Origin: an uncultured delta proteobacterium
Lineage (GTDB): Bacteria; Desulfobacterota; BSN033; UBA1163
Length of the DNA: 64,000 bases
Reading direction: 5' to 3'
Assembly (NCBI GenBank): GCA_963708295.1
Contig: CAVPSJ010000020.1
Location: 64,001 to 128,000 of the forward strand
Shown here: positions 27,813 to 38,357 of the stretch, one piece after another
Numbering within the stretch: the first letter of the stretch is position 1
How the letters are laid out: each line of letters opens with the position of its first letter
Notes under the pieces: model-generated
What the model was told of the DNA's origin: nothing
Databases searched by the model: none
Seen by the model: the letters and a program-made list of their open reading frames with translations, nothing else
Position numbers and translations under genes: made by a program

Positions 27813-28655
27813 ATGTGGGACTATACAGAAAAGGTAAAAGACCATTTTCTTAATCCAAGAAATGTAGGAGAGATTGAGAATCCGGACGGAGCGGGTGAGG
27901 TCGGGTCGCTGGCCTGCGGCGATGCCCTGAGGCTCTCGTTCAAGCTGGATGAGAAAAAACGGATTAAAGACGCAAAATTTAAAACCTTCGGATGTGCGAG
28001 TGCCATCGCTTCCTCTTCCGCGCTGACGGAGATCATCAAGGGGAAGACGCTTGAGGAAGCCGCCCGGGTGACCAATCAGGATATCGCCGACTACCTGGGA
28101 GGGCTTCCCGAGGAAAAGATGCACTGCTCGGTGATGGGAAGAGAAGCTCTCGAGGCGGCAATTGCCAGCTATCGCGGGGAGAAAGTAAAAAAAGAAGATT
28201 TCGAAGTGATCTGCAACTGCTTCGGTGTGACAGATCGCGAGATCATCAAGGCAGTCCGTGAGAATAATCTGAAAACGGTGGAACAGGTAACCTACTATAC
28301 GAAGGCCGGGGGAGGATGCGGCCAGTGCCATCCCAAGATCGAGGCCATCATCGAAAAAGTGAGAAAGGAAATGGAAAAGGAGGCCCCTCCTCCCAAACCT
28401 GAGAAAAGGAAGCTGACGAACATCCAGAAGATCAAATTGATCGAGGAGACATTGGGGAGGGAGATCATTCCGGCGTTGAAGGCGGATGGAGGGGATCTGG
28501 ATTTAGTCGATATCGAAGGCAATAAAGTCCTGGTCGCCCTGAGGGGAAAATGCTCCTTCTGCCCCAGTTCCGAATTTACGTTGAAACAGTATGTCGAATC
28601 GAAATTGAGAGAGTTTGTCAGCGACGATATTGAAGTGGAGGAGGTCAGGCCGTGA
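27813..28655 (+). CDS. nifU: Fe-S cluster assembly scaffold NifU (three domains)
   Basis: ACGD, FGCASAIAS, KMHCS; CNCF...GGCGQC; CSFC. Confidence 0.95.
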   Translation: MWDYTEKVKDHFLNPRNVGEIENPDGAGEVGSLACGDALRLSFKLDEKKRIKDAKFKTFGCASAIASSSALTEIIKGKTLEEAARVTNQDIADYLGGLPEEKMHCSVMGREALEAAIASYRGEKVKKEDFEVICNCFGVTDREIIKAVRENNLKTVEQVTYYTKAGGGCGQCHPKIEAIIEKVRKEMEKEAPPPKPEKRKLTNIQKIKLIEETLGREIIPALKADGGDLDLVDIEGNKVLVALRGKCSFCPSSEFTLKQYVESKLREFVSDDIEVEEVRP

Positions 28656-29833
28656 AGACCGTCTATGTGGATAATAATGCGACGACAAGAGTAGCCCCGG
28701 AAGTCCTGGAGGTGATGCAGCCTTATTTTTCTGAGTACTATGGTAATCCTTCAAGCATGCATTTTTTCGGAGGTCAGGTCCAGAAGAAGGTGGATGAGGC
28801 AAGGGCAAGGGTGGCGGAATTCTTGGGGGCAGAGCCTTCGGAGATTGTCTTCACGAGCTGCGGGACAGAGAGCGACAACGCCGCGATCCTGGGGACACTC
28901 GATTCTTATCCTGAGAAGCGGCATATCATCACAACCCGGGTTGAGCATCCTGCGGTGGGGAATGTGTCTACCTATTTAGGCCGAAAGGGCTATCGCGTCA
29001 CCGAACTTTCCGTCGATCGAGAGGGACGGTTGGATCTGGATGAGCTGAGAGAGTCCCTGACCGACGGGACCGCCGTGGTCACCATCATGTATGCCAACAA
29101 TGAAACGGGCGTGATCTTTCCGATCGAAGAGATTGGCGAAATTGTCAAGGCCAAAGGGATTCCTTTTCACACCGATGCAGTTCAGGCGGCAGGGAAGATC
29201 CCCCTCAGCATGAAAAAATCGAAGCTGGATATGCTCTCTATCTCCGGTCACAAACTCCATGCACCCAAAGGAATCGGGATCCTCTACATCCGGAAGGGGA
29301 CGAAGTTTTCTCCCTTCCTGATCGGTGGCCATCAGGAGAAGGGTAGAAGAGGGGGGACGGAGAATGTTCCTTACATCATCGGGCTGGGGAAGGCCTGTGA
29401 GATGGCCCAAAAACATCTGAATGAAGAGAACACGAGGGTCAGATCTCTAAGAGATTATCTCGAGGCGAAGCTTCTGGAAAAGATTCCGAATACGTTAGTG
29501 AATGGAGACCGAAAAAACCGGCTTCCCAACACGACGAGCCTGAGCTTCGAATATGTCGAAGGAGAATCAATTCTCCTTCTTCTTTCCGATCTCGGTATCT
29601 GCGCTTCGTCGGGATCGGCCTGTACTTCGGGTTCTCTGGAGCCTTCGCATGTCCTCAGGGCCATGGGGGTTCCTTTTACCGCGGCACACGGGTCGATCCG
29701 TTTCAGCCTCTCCATCTATAGTACGAAAGAAGAGATGGACTATATCATCGAGCATCTCCCGCCCATCATCCAGAGACTGAGAGACATCTCGCCTTTCTGG
29801 AAAGATTATCTGAAGGCCCAGGGGAGAGTCTAA
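28652..29833 (+). CDS. nifS: Cysteine desulfurase NifS
   Basis: DNNATT, HTDAVQ, SGHKLH, SSGSACTS. Confidence 0.95.
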   Translation: MKTVYVDNNATTRVAPEVLEVMQPYFSEYYGNPSSMHFFGGQVQKKVDEARARVAEFLGAEPSEIVFTSCGTESDNAAILGTLDSYPEKRHIITTRVEHPAVGNVSTYLGRKGYRVTELSVDREGRLDLDELRESLTDGTAVVTIMYANNETGVIFPIEEIGEIVKAKGIPFHTDAVQAAGKIPLSMKKSKLDMLSISGHKLHAPKGIGILYIRKGTKFSPFLIGGHQEKGRRGGTENVPYIIGLGKACEMAQKHLNEENTRVRSLRDYLEAKLLEKIPNTLVNGDRKNRLPNTTSLSFEYVEGESILLLLSDLGICASSGSACTSGSLEPSHVLRAMGVPFTAAHGSIRFSLSIYSTKEEMDYIIEHLPPIIQRLRDISPFWKDYLKAQGRV

Positions 29834-29834
29834 C

Positions 29835-30096
29835 CGGTTGCTGAAAAACACCCATCTGCGGTGCAGTCCGGCTCGCTCATCGTCTCACGGGCGTGCCAAT
29901 AGTTGCTCCTTACCCGTCGCAACGGCATCCCTCATCCCTTCCCCGTGTCAAGCACGGGGAAGGCTTGTTGCGGCGTACGTCACCGTAGGGAATGGTATAA
30001 ACCGTTTCCTACAAAGGATGGCCTGCCTGAACGGCAGGTGAAAGGCTCGTGGGAGCCTCGTCCCGCCCTTGGCGGGAGGCACTTTTTGAGCAGCCT
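29835..30096. mobile_element. MITE-like composite element
   Basis: GGTTGCTGAAAAA ... TTTTTGAGCAGCC ends, related to 7734-7950. Confidence 0.55.
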
Positions 30097-30211
30097 TGAA
30101 AAGGGATTTTTGGCTCACTTTGAATAAGTCATTCATGCGAATTTTTGCTTGTCAAAATATCTGACTCTTCCGTCCAATACCCTGAATACCCTGTCTGGTC
30201 GAAAATTCTTA

Positions 30212-30276
30212 TTGACAGACGTATTTCCTTATATTAGTATTTAAAGTACTAATTATTAGTATTTAAAGTACTAATT
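30212..30276 (+). promoter_or_regulatory. Promoter with a perfect tandem 22-bp palindromic operator
   Basis: TTGACA 30212-17, 17 bp, TAGTAT 30235-40; ATTAGTATTTAAAGTACTAATT at 30233-54 and 30255-76. Confidence 0.75.
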
Positions 30277-30278
30277 AT

Positions 30279-30875
30279 ATGAATCTGATAGCCCCGGATA
30301 CTATCAACGATATCCTCGAAGCGCTTGATCGTCAGATGGAAGTGCATGGGGGAGTGCCGTTAGGCCTTGTCGTATGCGGAGGGACAGCGCTGTCAGCACT
30401 TGGTCTGGTGATGCGAACTACAAGAGATATGGATGTTTTGGGGTCAGCTTCAGAAACTCAGAATGGGGTGTCCGTTCAATCTTTGAAGAAGTTTCCAGAA
30501 TGGCTCATGGAGGCGGCAGATAGAGTGGGCCGGGATTTCGATTTACCGGAGAAATGGCTTAATCTTGGACCGGCTTCACAGGTGGAGTCTGGATTGCCAG
30601 AGGGATTTGAGAACAGATTGGTAAAGAAGGTTTATGGGCAATATCTCGCTGTTTATTTTATCAGCCGGGTTGATCAGATCCATTTTAAACTTTATGCGGC
30701 GGTAGATCAGGACGGCTACCACGTACAGGATCTGTTTGCTCTTAAGCCCGCGGAACATGAAATGGAAATGGCTGCAAAGTGGGTCGTTACTCAGGATGTT
30801 TCAGAGGTGTTTAGAGCCTTGTTAAAGGACTTTCTGAAGATACACAACTATGGAGATACGGCTAACAGAATTTAA
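30279..30875 (+). CDS. DUF6036/AbiEii-like nucleotidyltransferase
   Basis: VVCGGTAL...RTTRDMDV, FKLYA, HVQDL. Confidence 0.75.
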   Translation: MNLIAPDTINDILEALDRQMEVHGGVPLGLVVCGGTALSALGLVMRTTRDMDVLGSASETQNGVSVQSLKKFPEWLMEAADRVGRDFDLPEKWLNLGPASQVESGLPEGFENRLVKKVYGQYLAVYFISRVDQIHFKLYAAVDQDGYHVQDLFALKPAEHEMEMAAKWVVTQDVSEVFRALLKDFLKIHNYGDTANRI

Positions 30876-31837
30876 GAAGGGATTTGTCGATAAACTCATT
30901 GAAATCCATTGGAGACACTGGACTACCTTAGGTGTTGCGTCCCATGTGAAACCTGAGAAAACGTGGGTAGTAGATCTTGAGCCGCTGATTATTTCTACCC
31001 TTGCGATAGGTTTACATGATAAACGTCTTTTATCCTCATCGTTTGAGTGGTTGACGTAAGAACGGGGAATGGGTAAACCAATCGCGCCTGAAAAGGATTG
31101 TTAAAGTTTTTTCAGAGCCACTGCCGGAATTAAAAACCCTGGTCCTTTATCCTGAAATATTGGAGTTATTTGTCGATACTTATAATAGAAATGCCCGTTA
31201 TAAAATCAAATATCCAAGGATCGATTTATACAAAGCGGAAGGAAACGTAGTCAATGAGTACAGGACTTTCTTTAATGACTTCAAGATAAGAGATGTCACA
31301 ACGGAGCCCAAGCTTCAGCTTCCATCCATGATCCAACTTCTTTTAAGAAATATTTTTGGGGTCGATGCCCGCACCGAAATTCTTATTTATCTCTTGTCCC
31401 ATGAGGGCGGAAACTCGAATTCGATTGCTAAAGAGGTTTCTTATAATCAGAAGAATATCTACACCATCCTTGAGAAGTGGTCACGTGTACAGATGGTAGC
31501 AAAAATATCTGGGGAGAAAATACCGCGCTATTCTCTAACCAGGAAAAAAGGGCTGCTTCTTGCAATCGGACTAAGAGAAATGCCAAATTACTTAAATTGG
31601 ACCAAGACTTTCCTGTTGTTAGACCGACTGGCAAAAGCGATCTCCATCTCTCCGTGGTCTGACGACGAATATCTGTTGTCTTCTCTTTTTAGAGATTCCT
31701 TCAATGAAACCAAATCAATCGGGAGATTGCTCCGTATCAATATCCCTGAACCGAGTCATTACCCGGGCAAACAGTTCTTTTCCCCATTTGCATTTGGTGT
31801 TCTCGGTATTCTTAATAGACTTGGAAAAGAAGGCTGA
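30850..31837 (+). CDS. Partner protein with winged-HTH; one frameshift near 31057
   Basis: ORF 30850-31059 joins the 31160 frame (KNGEWVNQSRLKRI) after removing one base; ARTEILIYLL...SIAKEVSYNQKNIYTIL. Confidence 0.65.
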
Positions 31838-32028
31838 CATGATTTGGCTCCTGCCCTTTAATTTTCAGCCGTATGAAGGCTTTCCGGTCTTGATTTACTT
31901 CTTCCTCTTCCCCAAAGGTTGAAAAAAGCGTATATTGCAATCACAAATGAACAATGCGGATGGTGGGTTAAGGTTTAGTAAAATATCGAGAAACTCAAAA
32001 ACAAGTTTGGGAGTTATAAGGAGAAACT

Positions 32029-32673
32029 ATGCCTATCAACGCTTCTCGATTCAAGGCTATCTGGCCGTGGCTTGCCGAGGTGCGATATGCCTGGTATTCT
32101 GCGGCAGTCATTGGGGTTGCCCTGATCATATCCCTCCTCCTGTATCCGACCGAACCCGTTCTCCGTCTCACTGGTCTTGCTCTTCAACTACTCGGTATCG
32201 GCACTGTTATTTGGGGTATATCTGAGACGAGAGCCCTCTTCGGGCAGCCATCATTTGCAAGCAAGGCAAAAGGGTGGCTTAGCAGGTTTCCTCTTTTACC
32301 CCGAAAGGTTGGGATTGTAGTAGGCAGCGCCACACTCACACTCGGCGTCGGAAAGGTTAGAGCGCACGGGACAAATGGGCCAGGAGCTAATTCTACCATT
32401 GAGGCTCGTGTCGACGCCCTTGAAAAAAATGTGACCTCAATCCATAAACGCATCTCTCAGATACAGGAAGAAATGGATGGGGAGGTTCACAAGGTAGCTG
32501 ATGCAGTAAAGCGCGAAGAACAGTTGCGGCAAGCGGAGGACAATACAATTCGAGCGAAGTTGGAGGCGACAGGAACAGGCGGCGTTCATATTTCTGCCAT
32601 TGGAGCATCGTGGCTTTTCGCGGGAATCATTCTCAGCACAGCCGCCACAGAGATCGCTGCCCTACTCAAATGA
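32029..32673 (+). CDS. Hypothetical membrane protein with coiled coil
   Basis: RBS AAGGAG; hydrophobic N- and C-terminal segments. Confidence 0.6.
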   Translation: MPINASRFKAIWPWLAEVRYAWYSAAVIGVALIISLLLYPTEPVLRLTGLALQLLGIGTVIWGISETRALFGQPSFASKAKGWLSRFPLLPRKVGIVVGSATLTLGVGKVRAHGTNGPGANSTIEARVDALEKNVTSIHKRISQIQEEMDGEVHKVADAVKREEQLRQAEDNTIRAKLEATGTGGVHISAIGASWLFAGIILSTAATEIAALLK

Positions 32674-32727
32674 CGCCCAATCCATCCTTTCACTACAAAG
32701 TATCGCCCTGGCCGCTGAGGAGGTTGT

Positions 32728-33237
32728 ATGATCGATCTTAGAACCGTCTATGGCAACAAGATATTTAATCGCAAGGCATCTTACAAAAATACACGATGCA
32801 TCCCGTTTATGGCTAATCTCCTTCTCGATTTCATCCTTGCCTGGGCCATTGTATATATCTTTCACGTTGACTGGAATTATGGTTTTGTCAAAGTGTACGC
32901 TATTCTGCTGTTATATGGGGTCTTGAAGTATGCATTCACATCTACGGTTGACGCCCTAAACTACCGACTTGCCGTGAAGGACGCCATGGCCGCAGAAATG
33001 AAGCATTATCTTTCCGTTTTTGACCGGAACGTTAACTGGCACGAGGTAGGTACATACGACGAATTCTTGTTGGAGGCGGCTTTCAATCAAGCTTTGCCCA
33101 CCGATCTCAGGGTTCTAGCTGGCATTAACTACGGCACTGTGGTGGACACAATGGCTTTGAGTCCACGTTTTGAAAGCAGATTCCACCGTCTGTTCAATCA
33201 GATTGCCCCGGACTATGTAGAAAAAGTTGAGAAGTAA
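32728..33237 (+). CDS. Hypothetical membrane protein
   Basis: RBS GAGGAGG; two hydrophobic segments. Confidence 0.5.
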   Translation: MIDLRTVYGNKIFNRKASYKNTRCIPFMANLLLDFILAWAIVYIFHVDWNYGFVKVYAILLLYGVLKYAFTSTVDALNYRLAVKDAMAAEMKHYLSVFDRNVNWHEVGTYDEFLLEAAFNQALPTDLRVLAGINYGTVVDTMALSPRFESRFHRLFNQIAPDYVEKVEK

Positions 33238-33303
33238 CAATACGAAAATGATTATGTCAACCAATAAATACATGCACCGGATCACCCAAACTGGATAAGA
33301 TAA

Positions 33304-33561
33304 ATGACCATTCTCTTGGTATTCTACGTAATCGGTGGCGTAATTGGGGTTTTGATCAATCTACGCTTTCTCTTGCCAGTGGCGTATTTTGATGTGAGGA
33401 ATGCCTTTGGATTGATTATGGCATTGCAGACTGTTGGCTATCAGTTGATACGAGTCTTAATATTGAGCTGTGTTGCCTTCTTTCTTTCGTGGATTTCTGT
33501 CGGCTATTTAGTCATTCACTACGAAGACTTCAAAAGTGAGCTCGAAAGAATGAAATTGTAA
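33304..33561 (+). CDS. Small hydrophobic hypothetical protein
   Basis: 85-aa ORF with two TM-like stretches. Confidence 0.45.
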   Translation: MTILLVFYVIGGVIGVLINLRFLLPVAYFDVRNAFGLIMALQTVGYQLIRVLILSCVAFFLSWISVGYLVIHYEDFKSELERMKL

Positions 33562-33698
33562 TCTCTTTCTAACGGAAATCATCAGCCTCTAATGTAGACT
33601 ACTCCTCACCCTTTGTAGGTGAAATCGCCGGAGAAAAGCCAGTCTGACGATATTGTGCAAATCAAGTTGAGACTTTATACTTCAGCAATCAGGAGGAA

Positions 33699-35363
33699 AT
33701 GAGAAGTATGACAAAGCTGTTGGATGGTTTTACTCCCTACCGAGCAGAGGATGCTGAAAGATACAAGAGGCTGGGGTGGTGGGGGGGCCTGACCTTCGGG
33801 GATATCCTCGATAGGGCCGCAGATCGTTATCCTGACAAGGAAGCATTTGTCGACGGGACCACTCGCCTGACCTTTGCCCAGGCAAGAGACAAGGTCAACC
33901 GGCTGGCGATCGGCCTGATCAATTTGGGGATAGAGCCCACCGAGCGCGTCCTGGTGCAACTGCCGAACTGGAACGAGTTTGTTTACGTCTATTTCGCACT
34001 TCAAAAAATAGGCGCCGTCGATGTCCTGCTGATCGACCGGTATCGCCCGTATGAGATCAATTATCTCATCCGCTTAACGGGAGCCACCGCCTGGGTCCTG
34101 CCCTGGAAATACAAAAAGACGGATTATCTGCCCATCCTCAAAGAGGTGCTGAAAGAGAGCCCTCAAATGAAAAACGTCATCCTCGCAAGAGGACGAGATC
34201 AAAAGGACGATCTTAGCCTGGAAGCGATCATGGAGGGCGCAGAGCTGACGGAGAAGAATATGACCGCACTGGCTCAGAGGCGGCCGGATCCGATGCAGGT
34301 GGCTCACATGGGTCCCACCGGAGGGACCACGGGGTTACCGAAGGTTGTTCCCCGCACCCATAATGACTTGATCTGTAGTTCGCAATATGCCGCCGCGGCC
34401 TGGGAAATGGATGCAAGGGATATATGCCTCCTGGTCGGTCCAATCGGTCACGACCTGACGTTCACCAAGGGTTTTTTGGGCAGTGTTTTAACGTATGGAA
34501 AAACCATTTTCTTGGATTCGACGGATCTTGACGATATATGCAGAACGATCGAGAAGGAAAAGGTTACTGCGCTGGTTTGGGTTCCCACGCTAGCCAGGCG
34601 GTTGGTAGGTTTTGAGGGCTTGGGCAACTATGACCTGAGCACGTTGAAAAAGATGCACTGCGGCGGTGGGGCCAGCCTTCCCGACCTCATCAAGGATGTC
34701 AGAGGAAAGCTTGGGTGTACCTTTTTTAACGGCTATGGCGGAACCGAGGGCATGACCACCTTGACCAGATCCGGCGACGACCTCGAAACCCTTTATACCA
34801 CGGTCGGGAAACCCACCTGTCCATACGATTCCTATAAACTGGTTGACCGGGATGGAAAAGAACTCCCGGCGAACACCCCGGGAGAGCTCCTGATCAAAGG
34901 CCCGGGGATCTTTACCGGTTATTATCGAAACCCCGAAGAGAATGAAAAGATGTTTGACAAAGACGGTTACTTTAAGACGGGCGACGTGGCGAAGATTGAT
35001 CCGAATGGAAATGTGGCGCTGGTTGGAAGGATCAAGGAAATGATTAACCGGGGAGGGGAAAGCATCAGTGCGGTGGAGGTCGAGAAACTGATCACGGATC
35101 ATCCTGACGTCGCGTTTGTCGCCGCCGTTCCCATGCCGGACCCGGAGATGGGAGAAAGGGTCTGTGCCTATATCCAGCCCAGGCCGGGGGCCAGGTTGCA
35201 ATTTAAGGATATCCTTTCCTTTCTAAGAGGCAGGAAGGCCTCTGTTCTTCATTTTCCTGAAAGAATCGAATTTATCGATGCCATGCCTTTCACGAAGGCG
35301 GAGAAGATCGATAAAATGGCTTTGGTAAAAGATATCAAGGAAAAAATAGAAAGCAAAAGGTAA
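33699..35363 (+). CDS. AMP-binding enzyme (2,3-dihydroxybenzoate-AMP ligase-like acyl/aryl-CoA ligase)
   Basis: TGGTTGLPK, YGGTEG, FKTGD, GRIKEMINRGGE. Confidence 0.88.
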   Translation: MRSMTKLLDGFTPYRAEDAERYKRLGWWGGLTFGDILDRAADRYPDKEAFVDGTTRLTFAQARDKVNRLAIGLINLGIEPTERVLVQLPNWNEFVYVYFALQKIGAVDVLLIDRYRPYEINYLIRLTGATAWVLPWKYKKTDYLPILKEVLKESPQMKNVILARGRDQKDDLSLEAIMEGAELTEKNMTALAQRRPDPMQVAHMGPTGGTTGLPKVVPRTHNDLICSSQYAAAAWEMDARDICLLVGPIGHDLTFTKGFLGSVLTYGKTIFLDSTDLDDICRTIEKEKVTALVWVPTLARRLVGFEGLGNYDLSTLKKMHCGGGASLPDLIKDVRGKLGCTFFNGYGGTEGMTTLTRSGDDLETLYTTVGKPTCPYDSYKLVDRDGKELPANTPGELLIKGPGIFTGYYRNPEENEKMFDKDGYFKTGDVAKIDPNGNVALVGRIKEMINRGGESISAVEVEKLITDHPDVAFVAAVPMPDPEMGERVCAYIQPRPGARLQFKDILSFLRGRKASVLHFPERIEFIDAMPFTKAEKIDKMALVKDIKEKIESKR

Positions 35364-35507
35364 GCAGCGATCTAAGATCCAAAGGTGCGAATACAGCCTT
35401 CGGACATTGCTTTTCGTCTTGACACCCATTCGACTTCTTATATAATTCAATAGATAGGGTGCACCATTCAAAGGGGTTAAATACTGAAAGGTGGGAGGAG
35501 AAGAACT

Positions 35508-36629
35508 ATGAGAAAAGGGTACGTGGGATTGTTGGTGTTGGTGCTTTGTTTTGTCGTTGTGGGATTCGCCGCGGCTCAAAACCAAATGGCCGAATGGCAG
35601 AAAAGCAAGCACGCGGATAGGAAGTTGGCCGCCGATGATGCCGCAACCTGGGAGATGCGGAAAGAGACGACGGCGCACTGCGCCCGCTGTCACAGCGAGC
35701 AGGGATTCAAGGCGTGGGTGCCGCAGCTCTTGAAGGGTGATCCCGGCTTCTTAAAGAAACCCGATGGTTCAAAAGCGGATGAAGCTTTCATCAAAGGCCT
35801 GGGACTGACGAAGGAGAAGGTTCAACCGATCACGTGCGAGGCGTGTCACAGCGGTCCCCCTGCGCTGCGCATAAAGGATAATATACCCCTGCTGCCGAAT
35901 GGAATTCCCGTGAAGGCGGTCGGCAAGGGTGCCCTGTGCATGGCCTGCCACAATACACGAAACGGTCGTATTACCTGGGACAGCCCTGATCCGACGATAA
36001 AGTACACCCAGCCCCACGAGGCCGCTCAAACGGATGTTATTCTTGGCAAGAATGTCTATTTCTATAATGACACGGGGGATACCGCATCCCCCCATGCTCT
36101 TTTTACGGGCGACGCCTGTGTGGCCTGCCACAAAATGCTGAGTAAAGGGGGCCATACCTTTAAGGCCGGTGAATGCGAGACCTGTCATGGCGAGAAGATG
36201 AAGGAATCCTTTGTTCAGACCGGCACAGAGGTGTTGCACAAGCAGCTGGCCGCATTGATCGCGAAAAGAATTTTGGCATCCAAGGAAAAGATCGCTTGCG
36301 TGACTTCATGGGATGAGAAAACCGATAAAGATACTCCTAACACGCCAATCGATGGCAAACAGATCAAGGCCGTTGAAATCCCCATGGGTATCCACGGACA
36401 GATCTCCTTGAAGTTTGTCATGCAGGATGGCAAGGCGGTCTATAGTCAGATGGGAAACATCAAGGATGCCTGCGGAGAGCAGGGGAAACCTGTTTTCGCA
36501 ACGTCCGATCCGGTCGTCCGCGCCCTGCATAATTACTTGTTATTCTGGTACGACGGCAGCAAGGGCGTCCATAACCCGAGGTTCACACGAAACGTCTTGA
36601 TCGCCACCATCAACGAGATGTCCAAGTAA
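35508..36629 (+). CDS. Secreted pentaheme c-type cytochrome
   Basis: Signal peptide; CARCH, CEACH, CMACH, CVACH, CETCH; C-terminal DGSKGVHNP. Confidence 0.88.
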   Translation: MRKGYVGLLVLVLCFVVVGFAAAQNQMAEWQKSKHADRKLAADDAATWEMRKETTAHCARCHSEQGFKAWVPQLLKGDPGFLKKPDGSKADEAFIKGLGLTKEKVQPITCEACHSGPPALRIKDNIPLLPNGIPVKAVGKGALCMACHNTRNGRITWDSPDPTIKYTQPHEAAQTDVILGKNVYFYNDTGDTASPHALFTGDACVACHKMLSKGGHTFKAGECETCHGEKMKESFVQTGTEVLHKQLAALIAKRILASKEKIACVTSWDEKTDKDTPNTPIDGKQIKAVEIPMGIHGQISLKFVMQDGKAVYSQMGNIKDACGEQGKPVFATSDPVVRALHNYLLFWYDGSKGVHNPRFTRNVLIATINEMSK

Positions 36630-36649
36630 GAATTCTCGCGTCATGCCAA

Positions 36650-36680
36650 GGGGGCCCTGGGGACTCATCCCAGGGCCCCT
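36650..36680 (+). terminator. Hairpin after the cytochrome gene
   Basis: GGGGCCCTGGG...CCCAGGGCCCC. Confidence 0.5.
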
Positions 36681-36844
36681 CGAGATTCTCGGAAACACGC
36701 AAAAGCAATCGCCAAACATCAGCCACCGCTGACGGTACAAACGATTATCCTCCCCCTTGTTCAACTCCCTTGAATTCTTTCGTCGTTCACCCTAAAATGA
36801 GAACTTCATAAGAAGGCATCTATTTCTTTACTCGGGGATTTAAC

Positions 36845-38017
36845 GTGAACCTTAAGATTATTCTAATACTCAGCCTCAGCCATCTTATTACTGATTTGAC
36901 CGGGTCTGCTCTCCCGGCCATGATGCCGTTTCTCAAGAACGCTCTTCAACTGAGCTATACGGCGGTGGGGGCCGTCATCATGGTTTCGAACATGACATCA
37001 TCGATTATTCAGCCCTTGTTCGGTTATCTTTCCGATAAAATGGAGATGAAGTGGTTGCTGCCTGTCTCAGTCATCCTGACTTATATTGGTTTTTCCTTTC
37101 TGGGACTGTCTTCCTCGCTACTCGTTTTATTCATTCTTGTGATCGTCAATGGATTGGGGATAGCCATCTATCACCCGGAAGGCACGAAGATCATGCATTT
37201 TTTTACCGGGTCAAGGGTGGCCACCGGGATGTCTTTTTTCCAGGTAGGAGGCAATCTCGGAATGGCGTTGGGCCCCCTTTTCGTCACCTATGCGATCGCA
37301 TGGGTCGGTCTCTCAGGGACCCTTTCTTACCTCCTCCTGGGAATTCCGATGCTCATGATTCTTCTTCTGTTTTCAAAAGAGCTGGCCCTTCCCATGCGGG
37401 GTGAAAGGAGTGATTTGCGAGAGAAGAAGGGAAGTTCCCCTTCGATGGCGGCGAACAAGGGCTGGATCTCCATGTCACTTCTTGTCTTTGCAGTCTCCAT
37501 CCGTTCCTGGGCGCATATGGGACTGATTACTTTTGTGCCTTTTTACTATATTCATGTCCTAAGAGGGGATGCCATCACGGCAGGGAGATTGGTTTTCGTC
37601 TTTCTCATGGGAGGAGTGGTGGGCACCCTGATCGGCGCGGCCATCGCGGATAGGATCGGACATAAGCTCTATTTTTGTCTCTCCATGATGTTTTCTGTTC
37701 CGTTGCTCTTCCTCTTCCTGGAAGTTAGTGGAATCTGGGTCTTTATCATTCTTTTCCTGGTCGGGTTGCTGTTGATCTCAAGTTTTTCTGTCACGATTGT
37801 GATGGGACAAAGAATTCTCAGAAATCGAATAGGGATGGCCTCGGGTTTGACAGTGGGTTTCGTTATTGGAATGGGAGGAGTCGGAGCAGGATTGCTTGGA
37901 ATGGTCGCAGATTCCTGGGGAGTGATGACAGTCCTAAAGCTCATTGCGTATATGCCAGCGGTTGGGTTTATCCCCGCCCTGTTGATCCCGTACGATTTCA
38001 AAACGCCGAAAGGGTAG
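36845..38017 (+). CDS. MFS transporter (Fsr-like)
   Basis: QPLFGYLSD, YHPEG, FQVGGNLG, ADRIG. Confidence 0.88.
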   Translation: MNLKIILILSLSHLITDLTGSALPAMMPFLKNALQLSYTAVGAVIMVSNMTSSIIQPLFGYLSDKMEMKWLLPVSVILTYIGFSFLGLSSSLLVLFILVIVNGLGIAIYHPEGTKIMHFFTGSRVATGMSFFQVGGNLGMALGPLFVTYAIAWVGLSGTLSYLLLGIPMLMILLLFSKELALPMRGERSDLREKKGSSPSMAANKGWISMSLLVFAVSIRSWAHMGLITFVPFYYIHVLRGDAITAGRLVFVFLMGGVVGTLIGAAIADRIGHKLYFCLSMMFSVPLLFLFLEVSGIWVFIILFLVGLLLISSFSVTIVMGQRILRNRIGMASGLTVGFVIGMGGVGAGLLGMVADSWGVMTVLKLIAYMPAVGFIPALLIPYDFKTPKG

Positions 38018-38357
38018 ATTTCTTTGTTTGCCCATGAACGGGGTAGATCCCCTCTGAGGCTTCCGAAGGCCCACGCTGAAGGCAAACAGGATGAACCTGC
38101 CCAAGTCTTGAGGCACGGTTTTCCTTTGCAACCCGTGCAGCCAAACGCTAAAAAGGTTGAGCCGATGAAGCCTCCTCAGGGACCCACCCCGTTCGGGCAA
38201 TCGTCCCGTGGGTTCCGTTCCAAACTTGGTCATCGCTGTGAGGTCCCGTTGCCTTGGTCCGGATCTTTTTGCTTGACAATCAAGCTTGCAATCTTTTATC
38301 CGTAAAGGGAAAATTGGAAAACCGTATTCATCGATGTCAAAAGACAGGAGGCATGTT

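Noticed and set aside
27813-29833. nifUS as evidence of nitrogen fixation
   Set aside because: No nitrogenase genes here; NifUS serves as housekeeping Fe-S assembly in many anaerobes.
32029-33600. Three co-oriented orphan ORFs with GCCCAAT/TCTAAC just after stops, suggesting integron cassettes
   Set aside because: No matching GTTRRRY ends or attC stems could be paired, and no integrase is present.
33699-35363. Siderophore/NRPS cluster around the DhbE-like enzyme
   Set aside because: No carrier protein, condensation domain or isochorismate synthase nearby.
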